Both the position numbers and the translations under genes were made by a program. This document shows positions 25,780 to 38,654 of a stretch of DNA of 64,000 nt, one piece after another. Origin of the DNA: Carcharhinus amblyrhynchos (taxonomy: Eukaryota); contig OZ336883.1 in NCBI GenBank assembly GCA_965287045.1, positions 80,228,001 to 80,292,000 of the forward strand, given 5' to 3'. Positions within the stretch are counted from its first letter, which is position 1, and each line of letters begins with the position of its first letter. Below the pieces are notes generated by a model that saw only the letters and a list, made by a program, of their open reading frames with translations, did no database searches and was not told where the DNA came from.

Positions 25780-26957
25780 TGTGATGTTAGTGTACCTTTA
25801 AGAAATGTATTTTTTAAATCATATTCTCTGTAGCTAAAAGCAGTTTTGGTTTCATTGATGCAGGGCCGTCTGTTAGATGTCTTGTTATTGCTCTTTCAGT
25901 GGTTTTAATGGGGTTATTTATTTTTACTCTGGGGTATTTTATGACCCTGCATTGTTGGGAGAAAGGGCATGTGTTCCGGACAGTTCTTTTTTTTTCTAGT
26001 GAATTTAAGTTTTTATTTTCTGTTTCGGCTGGCAGCAGTCTTGGTTTAGAAGGGGCATCAAGCTGGAAAGAAATATTTCTCTCTCTCCCTGGTTTTGGAA
26101 TTTCTGCTGATTAACTGAAAGCAAGACTTCTTGCCTCCCTGGATTAGAAAATCTACTATTGGTGGCTTGACTAGGGTCTCTCGCTGGTGCCTGAGAAGCT
26201 GTTCTGACTCCAAGCCTGTTTGTGTGTGCCTCAAGAGAACTGCAGCATTCATATAAAGGACTCAGTCCCAGTAACACGAGTATTAGTCTTTGTTGTATCA
26301 AACCTATGGAAGGATTTTTTATATATGGGAAGTTTTTGTCTGATTGGAAAATTTTACATATATTTGTAAAAGTTATACATTATAGAATCATAGAATAGAA
26401 TCCCTACAATGCAAAAGGAGGCCATTTGACCCTTCGAGTCTGCACTGACTACAATCCCATCCATGCCCTATCCCCATAACCTCATGCATTTACACTAACT
26501 CGTCCCCCTGACACTAAGGGGCAATTTTATCATGGCCAATCCACCTAATCCGCACATCTTCCGACCGTGGTAGGAAATTGGAATACATGGAGGAAACTCA
26601 CGCAGACATGGGGAGAATGTGCAAACTCCATGCAGACGGTGACCCAATCCGGGAATCGAACCCAGGTCCCTGGAACTGTGTGGCAGCAGTGCTAACCAGC
26701 GTACCATCATGCCGCCCCATTATCATGGTTGTTTTGAGTTTGTTTGTTATTGATAAAAGTTATTGTTAATTTTCTTGCTATGCATGTTAACTATATTCAT
26801 AAATAAACTTTGGTTGATAAAAGTTCCCTTGTGGGTCATTCGAATCATATGTGAAGTGAGACATCTCACACTTAAATTAGCCAAATTCAAAGTGCAAAAC
26901 TTATGGTCCAGGTGGCCTTCATAAAACACTCTGGAGTTTCTGACCTGAATTCGAACA
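25780..26957 (+). mobile_element. Solo LTR (TG...CA, 4-bp TSD ACAG) containing a V-SINE
   Basis: acag|TGTGATG...CGAACA|acag. TATAAA at ~26252 and AATAAA at ~26802. Confidence 0.7.
26384..26717 (-). mobile_element. Full-length V-SINE with 6-bp TSD CATTAT
   Basis: cattat at 26378-26383 and 26718-26723. Head, V core and CR1-type tail are present. Confidence 0.9.
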
Positions 26958-27271
26958 ACAGATGGGTTTAACAAAGTTCACGTTGGCCAGTTTCTAAACA
27001 GACAGGTAGTGGGCTTTTGCCCAGGCTCAGGTGGTTTGAGTGTAGCAGGGTGGATAGAAATGATTTTGCTTCAGTCAAATATGATAAGCATCAATGTGAG
27101 AAGCAGCACAAGTTCATTATTCTGGATCATTATCAATAGACAAGTTGTTCTGATTTAATTGAATCCAATCACAACCATGGACTGGCTGCTCAGTTGCTGC
27201 CAAATGATTCATTCCAGCCTCCTCTCGCTGACTGAATGATGTCAAGGGTTTAATATCCTTGCCATTGCCAA

Positions 27272-27508
27272 CGGGTGGGATTTTCTGCCCCATCCCCTGC
27301 TGGTGGGATGACCTGGACCCACCAAAGACCATGGGGATTTGAATTAATTGCCTGGGGAAAGGTGGCCATGTTGGGGCCAGAGGTCAAGGGGCAGGGGCGG
27401 GTGTTGGCCCTTCACAAATTGTCTTTGATATTGAAATCATGGGACATAGAATCAGATACATGACTGATCCTCTTCCATCTACTGTGGCCAAGACAAATCT
27501 CAGCCCCC
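27272..27508. mobile_element. MITE-like element
   Basis: gggtgggattttctgcc ... aaatctcagcccc imperfect inverted ends. Confidence 0.4.
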
Positions 27509-28070
27509 TGTCAGTCCACTCACAATATCAAAGATGTAGGAACAAGTCAGCAATGCCACTAAACCCAAAAGATTATTGACAGCAATTACAAGCTTGTAAC
27601 CATCACATTACAATTGACTAATGTAAACAGTATTAAAAAACTGGTTACAGCTCAAATACTCAGAGCAATGATATCAGCCAGGACAGTAGTAATCTTGATA
27701 AGATACAAGATTCGACTGACCTACAATATACACAGCTGGAAATCGATGTGCGTACTCTTATTCCATTATAAGGAGTGTTAATAACGTCCAAACCAATTTC
27801 AAGGTATAAAATGAGCAGTGACTACGGCCAAACAAAATGCAGTTCCATCTGAAAGGTCTAGATCCAGGAATAGCTTGAAGGCGTGAACAGAAATGGATTG
27901 CATGCAATTTAATTATAAAAGGAAACATTGACAAACAGTTCCATTCTTGAATGCTTGTACTAAGTTGGGAGAGACAGTTCTTTAGTTGATAATGCAAAAT
28001 TATCTTTCAAGATTGGCTTAAGAAATGACAGATAGTGTAGCAAATAATTGTAGGAAAACAACTATCTGAC

Positions 28071-28156
28071 CTGCAACCAAGGGTGACTGAGAGACTTGTC
28101 CACACTAAAACGCTTCCTCATTTTTACTTGCAACAGATTATTGATGACATCAATAG
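28071..28156 (-). CDS. PRKD1: PRKD1 penultimate coding exon
   Basis: Hand translation (A)[28 protein letters not shown]. Acceptor ttccag, donor gtcaga, 86 nt. Confidence 0.96.
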
Positions 28157-28884
28157 CTGGAATATAAAAAAAAACAATTAGTTTGCACTTTCTAAACACG
28201 GAAGGAGAGCTCAGACTATAAACTATGTCAATGAATAAAGCCAGTGCATGAAAACAAAATAAAGCTTATCTAAAGGGTCAAGTGTTGGCTCTGTGAACTT
28301 GACCCTGGGGCTACAGATTTCAAAAGCTGTCCATCATCATCATTCAGCTGAATGAACAATCACAAAACAAATACACATTTGAGATGAATTCTAAAGACCA
28401 TTTACAAATGCTCTGGCAGACACAACTAATTCCATTTACCAGTGTGATTGCTACTTATTGCAGGACTTTGTTCTCATGTTACATTGAGGTATTATGAAGC
28501 AAGAATCAGAAAGTTAAACAGTAACCTGACAGAACTGAAAAATGTTTGCAATATATAAGGTTGGGCCAAATTTTCTGAGGAGTGACAATCACTGGTGAAT
28601 TGAAATTCTGTTCCTTTCTTTTACCCAATGCCGGAGTTCCACATTTCTGGCTCAGAGTTCCAAATTGGGACTCATTGGGAATGTGGAGCATACCTTTCCC
28701 GCGAAGCCATTCCCAAAGGGCAGGACGGTCAAGGAAGCCCAGCCTTGCCTCCCTTCTGATAATACCTTTTGCCTGATTTTGGTCAGAGTTCATTCATTAA
28801 CACAGTGGGAAGCTTTGGGACATTTAAACAGGTTTTCAGTGAGTGAGGTAAGTGGGTAAGTGGAAAGAATGCCATCTGGATAGA

Positions 28885-29114
28885 GTGGCAGGGTGGGGAG
28901 GGTGGCAGGGTGGGGAAGGTGGCAGGGTGGGGAGGGTGGCAGGGTGGGGAAGGTGGCAGGGTGGGGAGGGTGGCAGTGTGGGGAGGGTGGCAGGGTGGGG
29001 AAGGTGGCAGGATGGGGAGGGTGGCAGGGTGGGGAAGGTGGCAGGGTGGGGAGGGTGGGGAAGGTGGCAGGGTGGGGAGGATGGCAGGGTGGGGAGGGTG
29101 GCAGGGTGGGGAGG
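28885..29114 (+). repeat. G-rich ~17-bp minisatellite (GGGTGGGGARGGTGGCA)n
   Basis: Directly visible tandem array. Confidence 0.92.
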
Positions 29115-29269
29115 CTGGGCCTGCTCAGGTCAGGATGGAGTCAGAGGCTCAGGGGGTAAGTTGAGGGTCAAGGGTGAGTTGGAAGGCTGGAAGGGAGTCA
29201 GGTGGCCAACATGGAGTCAGAAAGTTGGGGTGAGTTTGAGGGTTGGGGTAGGTTTGAGGATCAGTGGTA

Positions 29270-29531
29270 ATTTGATTTGATTTGATTTATTATTGTTACA
29301 TGTATTAACATACAGTGAAAAGTGTTGTTACTTGCACACCATACAGACAAAGCATACTGTTCATTGAGAAGGAAATGAGAGAGTGCAGAATATAGTGTTA
29401 CAGTCATAGCTAGGGTGTAGGGAAAGATCAAGTTAATGCAAGGTAGGTCCACGTAAAAGTATGATGGCAGCAGGAAAGAAGCTGTTCTTGAGTCGGTCGG
29501 TACGTAACCTCAAACTTTTGTATCTTTTTCT
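29270..29531 (-). mobile_element. Rex1/Babar LINE 3' end
   Basis: (ATTTG)n tail; collinear with the copies at 38655 and 53995. Confidence 0.75.
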
Positions 29532-29535
29532 CCCT

Positions 29536-32500
29536 TTCTAGGTTGGAGCAGCAGCTGAATGCACTTAGGAGAATGAAGGTGGCAGAAAATGTCATAGATA
29601 GGAGCTTTAGAGACATGGTCACACCCAAGGTGCAGGTTGATAGATGAGTGACAGCCAGAAGGAGCAGGCAGTCCACTGTGGTCATCCCCCTAATAAGTAT
29701 ACCATTTTGGATATTACTGGGGGGGTAGTGGGCTATCAGGGGATAACAGCAGCCGCAGCCAGAGCAGTGGCACCAAGGCTGGCTCTGTTGTTAAGCAGGG
29801 AGGGACAAAGAGCACAAGAGCAATATTTATAGGGGACTTTATAGTTAGAGGTGCAAGTAGGACTTCTATGGACGTGAAAGAGACTCCAGGATGGTACGTT
29901 GCCTCCCTGGTGCCAGGATCCAGGATGTCTCTGAACAGACAGAAAGCATTCTGAAAGGGGAAGGTGAACAGCCAGAGGTTGTGGTACATATTGGTACTAA
30001 AGGCATAGGTAGGAAGAGTGAGGAGGTCCTGCAGCAGCAGTTTAGGAAGTTAGGGAGAAAGTTAAAAAGCAGGATCTCTAGGGTTGTAATCTCAGGATTA
30101 CTCCCTGTGCCATGTGCCAGTGAGGCTAGGAATAGGCAGATAGAGCAGCTCAACACGAGGCTAAACAGCTGGTGTAGGAGGGAGGATATCTGGACCATTG
30201 GGATCCCTTCTGGGGAAGGGAGGATCTGTACAAGAAGGAGGGGCATAAATATTCTGGCCTGGAGGTTTGCTAGTGTCACACAGGAGGATTTAAACTAGTT
30301 TGGCTGGTGGGTGGAGTGAATCAATTGAAGGGGAACGAGAGAGCACGGCCAGTAAGACTCAGAGAAACAGCAGGCAGGGTGGGATTGCAGATCAGAGAGG
30401 GTCTGGTGGACTGAAGTGCATTTGTTTCAATGTGAGAAGTGTAACAGGTAAGGCAGATAAACTTAGAGCTTGGATTAGTACTTGGAACTATGATGTTGTT
30501 GCCATTACAGAGACTTGGTTAAGGGAAGGACAGGATTGACAGCTTAACATTCCAGGATACAGGTGTTTCAGGCGGGACAGAGGGGGATGTAAAAGGGCTG
30601 GGGGAGTTACACTACTGGGTTAAGGAGAATATCACAGCTGTACTCCGGGAGGACACCTCGGAGGGTTCATACAGCGAGGCAATATGGATAGAGCTCAGGA
30701 ATAGGAAAGGTGTAGTCACAATGTTGGGGGTTTACTATAGGCCACCCAACTGCCAGTGGGAGATTGAGGAACAGATATTTAGGCAGGTTTTGGCAAAGTG
30801 TAAAAGTAACAGGATTGTGGTGGGAGATTTTAATTTCCCCGATATTGACTGGGACTCACTCAGTGCTAGAGGCGTGGATGGGGCACAGTTTGTAAGGAGC
30901 ATCCAGGAAGACTTCCTGAAACAGCATGTAGATAGTCCAACTAGGGAAAGGGTCCATACTGGACCTGGTATTGGGGAATGAGCCCAGCCAGGTGGTCGAT
31001 GTTTCAGTAGGGGAGCAGCTCGGGAACAGTGACCACAATTCAGTAAGCTTTAAGGTACTGATGGATAAAGATAAGTGTATTCCTCAAGTGAAGGAGCGAA
31101 ATTGGGGGAAGGCTAATTACAACAATATTAGGCAGGAACTGAAGAATGTAAATTGGGGGCAGATGTTTGAGGGCAAAGCAACATCTGGCATGTGGGAGGC
31201 TTCCAAGTGTAAATTGATAGGGATTCAGGACCTGCACATTCCTGTCAGGATGAAGGATAAATATGGCAAGTTTTGGGAACCTTGGATAACGAGAGATATT
31301 GTGAGTTTCGTCAAAGAGAAAAAGGAAGCATTTGTCAAGGCTAGGAGACTGGGAACACACGAAGCAAGTGGGGAATACAAGGAAAGTAGAAAGAAACTTA
31401 AGCAAGGAGTAAGAAGAGCTAAAAGGGGTCATGAAAAAGCATTGGCCAGCAGGATTAAGGAAAATCCCAAGGCTTTTCACACATATATAAAGAGTAAGAA
31501 AGTAGCCAAGGAGAGGGTTGGCCCACTCAAGGACAAGGGAGGGAATCTATGTGTGGAGTCTGAGGAATTGAGTGAGGTATTAAATGAGTATTTTGCGTCA
31601 GTATTCACCAGAGAGAAGGATTTGGTGGATGATGAGTTTGGGAAAGGGTGTGTAGGTAGTTTGAGTCATGTTGAGATCAAAAAGAAGGAGATTTGGGGTT
31701 CTTGAGAGAAACATTAGGGTAGACAAGTCTCCAGGGCCTGATGGGATATACCCCAGAATACTGAGAGAGGCAAGGAAGGAAATTGCCAGGGCCTTGAGAG
31801 AAATCTTTGTATCCTCACTGGCTACAGGGGAGGTCACATAGTAAGAAGTGGCACAACACCAGGTTAAAGTCCAACCAGTTTATTTGATAGTAAACCCACA
31901 AGCTTTCAGAAACAGTGTTCCTTTGTCAGGTGTGTGGAAGGTACCATAAGAACTTCCTTCTTAAGTTCCTTCCTACAATCTGCCTTTAACAAAGCTATGT
32001 ACATATCTCTTTAACCTATGCTAATGCTATCTTCACTCACATTGTCTGCATCTTTAAGACGTGAATAGCAGGTTAGCTGTAAAGACTTGCATTCTAATCA
32101 GTATTCTGTAAACTGTGTGTGACTTTCTACGCCCTTTTCTGATCAGAACCTTCCACACACCTAACGAAGGAACACCGTTTCTGAAAGCTTGTGGGATTAC
32201 TATCAAATAAACTGGTTGGACTCTAACCTGCTGTCGTGAGACTTCTTACTGTGTTTACCCCAGTCCAACACCAGCATCTGCACATCATGACTACCATCTG
32301 TCAAAGAAGACAGAGGGTAACAGCGGAAGGGTGCTTTTCTGAATGGAGGTTTGTGACAAGTGGTGTTCCTCAGGGATCAGTGCTGGGACCATTGCTGTTT
32401 GTAATATGTATAAAGTATTTGGAGGGAAATGTAACTAGTTTGATTACTAAGTTTGCAGAAGACACAAAGGTTGGTGGATTTGTGGATAGCGATGAGGACA

Positions 32501-33432
32501 TCAGAGGATACAGCAGGATATAGATCAGTTGGAGACTTGGGGAGAGAAATGGCAGATGGAGTTTAATCCAGACAAATATGAGGTAATGCATGTTAGAGGA
32601 TCTAATACAGATAGGAAATATACAGTGAATGGTAGAACACTTAAGAGTATTGATAGGCAGAGGGATCTGGGTGTACAGGTACACAGATCATTGAAAGTGG
32701 TAACACAGGTGGGGAAGGTAATCCAGAAAGCATACAGCATGCTCACCTTCATCTGCATCCTCTATCTCCCTGGCAGCGAGTTCCAGATATCCAGGGCATT
32801 GAGTTTAAAAATTGGCAAGTCATGTTGCGAATTTATAGAACCTTAGTTAGACTGCACTTGGAATATAGTGTTCAATTCTGGTTGCCACACTACCAGAAGG
32901 ATGTGGAGGCTTTAGAGAGGGTACAGAAAAGATTTACCAGGATGTTGCCTGGTATGGAGGGCATTAGCTATGAGGAGAGGTTGGAGAAACTTGGTTTGTT
33001 CTCACTGGAACGATGGAGGTTGAGGGGAGGCCTGATAGAAGTCTACAAGATTATGAGGGGCATGGACAGAGCGGATAGTCAGAAGCTTTTTCCCAGGGTG
33101 GAAGAGTCAATTACTAGGGGGCACAGGTTTAAGGTGCGAGGGGCAAGAGGCAGATGGAGGGGCAAGGGGCAAAGGAGATGTAAGAGGCAAGTATTTTTAC
33201 ACAGAGGGTAACGGATGAATGAAACTCGCTGTCGAGGGAAGTAATAGATGCAGATAAGATAGTGAGTTTTAAGGGGCGTCTGGACAAATACATGAATAGG
33301 ACGGGAATTGAGGGATATGGTCCCCGGAAGGATAGGGGGCTTTAGTTCAGTCAGGCAACATGGGTTAGTGCAGGCTTGGAGGGCCGAAGGGCCTGTTCCT
33401 GTGCTGTAATTTTCTTTGTTCTTTGTCCTTTG
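29536..33432 (+). mobile_element. Long decayed CR1 LINE (ORF1 esterase, APE endonuclease, RT, tail)
   Basis: ORF1 VRCLPGARIQDV...VVVHIGT...VVISGLLPVP (SGNH esterase-like). ORF2 CICFNVRS...DVVAITETWL, GVYYRPP, VGDFNFPDIDW, GNSDHN, GVPQGSVLGP. Many frameshifts. Confidence 0.92.
31838..32298. mobile_element. Penelope-like inverted terminal-repeat insertion with two hammerhead motifs
   Basis: ~100-bp inverted arms at 31841-31941 and ~32149-32250. Motifs CAC-CTGACAA...GAAA-GC-TT-GTG (minus) and CAC-CTAACGA...GAAA-GC-TT-GTG (plus). Confidence 0.75.
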
Positions 33433-33840
33433 TGACAAGGGGGTGAAATTCCAAGCCACTGTTTCGATTTGATCCTGGACAATCTCTGAATGCAGCTGAT
33501 GAACCAGAATATTGCTCATTGGAGATTATTGAGTAACACAATCCCAAATTCCACCCCTATAAAGATGTGAAGGCATCACAAAGTTACACTAAACCATATT
33601 ACAGAGGAGTAAATATTCACAATGTGTGCCTGATAGAGTGTTGCACTCATATCGACCAAAGATATTGAAGTGATTTTTATTTGGTCTAACCTTTACTTTG
33701 CTCAAGGATTAAAGATGAGTGGTACCAGAACAATTCCTCCCTCAGACAAAGCAGCAGGATCTACCTTTGAACTTTGGTATGAGATGAGAAATATTGAAAT
33801 ATTTTTATCCTTGCTTTGTACAACCCATTGTTTTTTTTTA

Positions 33841-34131
<291 letters not shown>

Positions 34132-34176
34132 CTATATTTGGAAAAGCACCAGGTGTGATGAGAATTAAAATAATTA

Positions 34177-34398
<222 letters not shown>

Positions 34399-35860
34399 TT
34401 AATAAAAACTCTCCTCTTTAATGTTTTATTTGGAAAAAGGCAGAATCAGATTTGCTCTCAGAATTTCTCTGTAAACATTAAATAAAGGAAGAATACTCTA
34501 CGTACAACGTACAAATGGAAGCTAACGCAATGTGACAATATATGCAGCACAATTCTATGAGGTGCAGAACATTCTGATTTTGACCTAGCTGCTGAAATGG
34601 AGCAGTCTCCATTTCCATGTGCAAGAAATCTTTAAAATTCATTCAAATGCAATTCTGACAAAAGGGTGATGTAATAAGCTTAGTTTTCATATTTTGGGAA
34701 TACAGTAAACCGATGTGTGAATCTGGTTTCCAATCAATTGAGTTCAGAATAATCCAGTGCAGAGCTAGTTTAGTATCATGTGTAAATGCTGACATCACTC
34801 TCTCTCAACCCATTTCCAAACCGTTGACATGCAGAAAATAGCCCTGGAAATGAACCCTGAGGAATACCCTGAAAAAAAACTGGTCCAACTCCTGAGCTGT
34901 CTTTTTGTAAATTTTTAATTTGTAAAAAAGAAATTTCAATCCAGTTTAGTTATCCTCCCTCTAATTCTGAACCCTTAGTGAGTTCCCACCTGGATTGTCT
35001 CAAAGGCATTTCTTAAATTCCATTTGGGATCAGTGTTCTTACATTTCCTCTTATCACCCCACTGACCATGTCTTGATCGCTTTAATCGTTAATTCTTAGT
35101 CAATGAGCTGAAAACGCAGGAAATTATTTTCATTAAGGAGCTAAGAGTTTTGCTGGAGTCGACAGCAGATTAAGGGTTAATTCAGTTGTTACAATGGAGA
35201 TGGAGGCAAAGAGAATCAGGAAGCTCTCAAAAGAAGAATCAACATCTCTCGGTAATAGGCGAGAGTTTAGATTAATGGAAAGAAAAGATAAGCCTTCACA
35301 TCTGTGATACGACTTAGGCCAAAGGTGAAAGACAGCAACAGGAAGGATATGTCATGACTAGCTGGAAGGAAACTCAAATGCGACAACCAGAAATGACTTG
35401 ATGAATATGTGCAGAATATGCTGCAAAGTGGTTTCAGCAGCACTGAAATTCTTCAAGTTCCTAAGATGAGATCAAGGGTCAGCATGGGTGGTGTCCAAGA
35501 TCCAAACTGATTTCACCAGAATAATCAAGGCTGAGGACTGGAGACATAATGTAAATTTGGACCTGACATAGCTTCTCCCTAATTCAAACTAAACAAAGAT
35601 AGCTAAGAGCTCAAAACGCATTGCAAATTAAGTCCCATGCATTGGCTTTTTAAATTACACATCCTTTCAAGTGAAGTCATTTAGAGATATTTTTATACGA
35701 GAGACACTTCACTTTAGCTGCGGGCTGGCTGTTAGCTTTACAACTGAATGAAGAGAATATAATGGAAGTTCACCAACAGTGTTATTAATGACGCTACTTT
35801 ATGTCAGTTTTGAAAATTGTATTATTAATCTGTTTGCCCCTGTAACTGTCACGTACGTAC

Positions 35861-36022
35861 CTGCGTAATAAGAAACTTTGTTATGCGTTCTGGCAATCGT
35901 CCTTTCTCGCTTGATAGGATCACTTCCAGCATGTCTCCATGGAGCTTTTCCATGACAACAAACACTCTTTCCAGAGTCTCAAACATGCATTCCAAATTCA
36001 CTACACCAGGGTGATGTAAGTT
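35861..36022 (-). CDS. PRKD1: PRKD1 coding exon, kinase hinge region
   Basis: [54 protein letters not shown]. Acceptor cacccag, donor gtacgt, 162 nt. Confidence 0.96.
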
Positions 36023-36290
36023 CTGGGTGGAAGAGATTGTATTAATAAAAAAGGTGCACTTTTCCATTGATAATAATATAAAATGGAACGATACCTTCCA
36101 AATAAATTGTTGGATTATTTTGTGGAGAAGTGAAATCTTACAGTAAGGTTAGATTATATTGTGGACACTGACCCAATTAAAGAGTCAATCATTAAACATT
36201 TATATTTACAAGATTTTTACTTTTGTGATGATGTCAGTCCGAGGGAATGACACCATCAGTTTCACTGGTGACAACAAACAACTGAATTAA

Positions 36291-36571
36291 AGCTTATTTA
36301 TTAGTGTCACAAGTAGGCTTACGTTAACACTAAAGTTACTGTGAAAATCCCCTAGTCGCTACACTCCGGTGCCTGTTTGGGTGCACTGAGGGAGAATTTA
36401 GCATGGCCAAAACACCTAACCAGCGCATCTTTCAGACTGTGGGAGGAAACTGGAGCACCTGGTGGAAACCTGCACAGACACGGGGAGAACATGCAGACTC
36501 AGCACAGACAATGACCCGAGGGTGGAATTGAACCCGGGTCCCTGGCACTGTGAGGCAGCAGTGCTAACCAC
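36291..36571 (-). mobile_element. V-SINE with type B tail
   Basis: V core plus tail ...gtaagcctacttgtgacactaataaataagc on minus. Confidence 0.85.
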
Positions 36572-36854
36572 CAACCTCAACCAGATAGTCTAAATGTTTC
36601 TACTCTCTCAAAATAACTGTTCAATTCTCATTGGAAAATGGATCAAGGATATCCAAACTCACTTTGCACAGGATTCTGACAACCGATTATCAGCATGCTT
36701 TCAATATTTTAGGCTTGGGTTTTATCCTGGGCATCAAGGGTTAACTCACATTGGCAAAGCTCCTCCCCATTCCCACCTCACCGCCACACAAGCTTTATTC
36801 TTGTTTATTGCCAATATTCAGAATTGCCAATATTCAGAATTTCTCCACATTTAC

Positions 36855-36961
36855 CTGTAAAATGGCGACTTCATTCCGAAGCTGACTTTCTTGCTTTGTT
36901 GGAAACCTCAGCTTATCAATAACTTTGATTGCTACGTCTCTCCCTGTCTTTCGGTGTTTCC
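36855..36961 (-). CDS. PRKD1: PRKD1 coding exon, VAIK lysine and alphaC helix
   Basis: Hand translation (G)[35 protein letters not shown]. Acceptor tttgtag, donor gtaaa, 107 nt. Confidence 0.96.
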
Positions 36962-37589
36962 CTACAAACAAACAGCAAAAACTCAAGCTTCAATGTGGAC
37001 TAGAATGCTGGAACATTATTCCCTGTGGTATTTAAATTGTTGGATTGCAATTCCCGACTTCTCCAGCTCTCAGTTTGATAGTCAACGGGATCCTTATTCA
37101 TGCGGCTATTGTTGGTTTCAGAATCCTGGCAATGAGGTTATTTTGATTCAAATGGCTGGGGAAGTGAACTAGGTTTCAGTGTTCCAGGTTAACAATCTAT
37201 TCAGCAACCTCATCTGATACAGTTTTGAATGGTTGATTAGGAATAGATCTCTCTGGGAGAGATGAGCTTGGAGTCCCAATTTCAGCTGCTCCTTGTGTTC
37301 TACTCACGCAGCCAGTGGCAACGTCTCCCCAAGAATCTCCGCAGGGAGTTGAGGGCTGTCCAGATTTTATCCGGAAGATTGAAACCAGGGACTTCACCAC
37401 TTTGGTTAGTTACCGGGATGAGACTGGTGATTCCTACAGTCGGGAGGGATGGGGTTGCCGCAGTTTCTGGGATGCAGAGCACGTTGCAGTCGGGGCCATG
37501 GATTTCAGAGGCAGTTTTTTTGAGGTCCTGTTATGGGACTGACTTATTAGCTTTCAGTCAGTGGCATGTTTTCATAAAGAACCTGTTCC

Positions 37590-37778
37590 CTGTGGATATC
37601 AGGAAGTTTTTTACGCAGAGAATGGTGATGGTGGAGGCAGATACAATAGGGGCTTTTGGATAATCACATGAATATACAAGGAATAGAGGGATATGGACCA
37701 AGGGCAGGTAAAGGGATTAGTTTAATTTAGTGTCATGTTCAGCACAACATCATGGGACAAAGGGCCTGTTTCTGTGTA
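37590..37778 (+). mobile_element. CR1 3' tail fragment
   Basis: tttttacgcagag...gaatagagggatatggacc...aagggcctgtttctgtg. Confidence 0.7.
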
Positions 37779-38115
37779 GTAGAACCATTGAATCCCTACA
37801 ACGGAGAAGGAGACTATTTGTCCCATCAAATCTGCACTGACAACAATCCCATCCAGGCCCTATCCCTGTCACCCCACATATTTACCCTGCTAATCCCTCT
37901 AACCTACACAGTCTGGGCACTAAGGGACAATTTAGCATGGCCAATGCACCTAACCCGCACATCTTTGGAGTTTGGAAAGAAACCCATGCAGACACAGGGA
38001 GAACATGCAAACTCCACACAGACAGTGACCCAAGCCGAGAATCGAATCCAGGTCCTGGAGTTGTGAGGCAGCAGTGCTAACCATTGTACCACGGTGCCGT
38101 AACCACTGTGCCACT
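37779..38115 (-). mobile_element. V-SINE with CR1-type tail
   Basis: Head, V core and tail are all recognisable. Confidence 0.85.
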
Positions 38116-38654
38116 GTTCTATGTGTGGTAGCACTGGAATCCCCTTGAGATGTTTTGTACCCGAAAGAACCCCCCCCCTCCTTTGAGATGTTTTGTTCTC
38201 AACTTTCCAGATTCAATAATTCTATGAAATGATCTTTATGACTTCCTTAAGATGATTATCTACCAAAGTGAGTACACAGTGAGTAGGAAGAGTACTCAGT
38301 GAGTACACAGTGAATACACAGAGACAATGCAGAATAAACAGTGAACACACAATGTGGTGCAATATTTTGCATTTACTCTTGTCCTCAATCAATTTCCATA
38401 TGCACTGTTTTAGCCAAGATATTTACTACCCCATTGGGCTGATTATTACTTCCTTTTACTGGTGAAATTTACTAATTGCCTGTATATTTTTCCACTACCT
38501 AGCTAAAATAACATGATTTCCTCTGTCTCTCTGTAGAGACTCTATAAAGAATCAGCTACAATAAAAAACTGAAGAGGATGCAAAAGGTTTCCATAGCTAG
38601 TTGGATATTGGTGTATTTATCTGTATGCTCTATGTCACTGACTCAGTTAATGAT

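Noticed and set aside
37197-37663. Overlapping ORFs in a CpG-containing intronic block
   Set aside because: No recognisable protein or splice pattern; probably an unclassified repeat.
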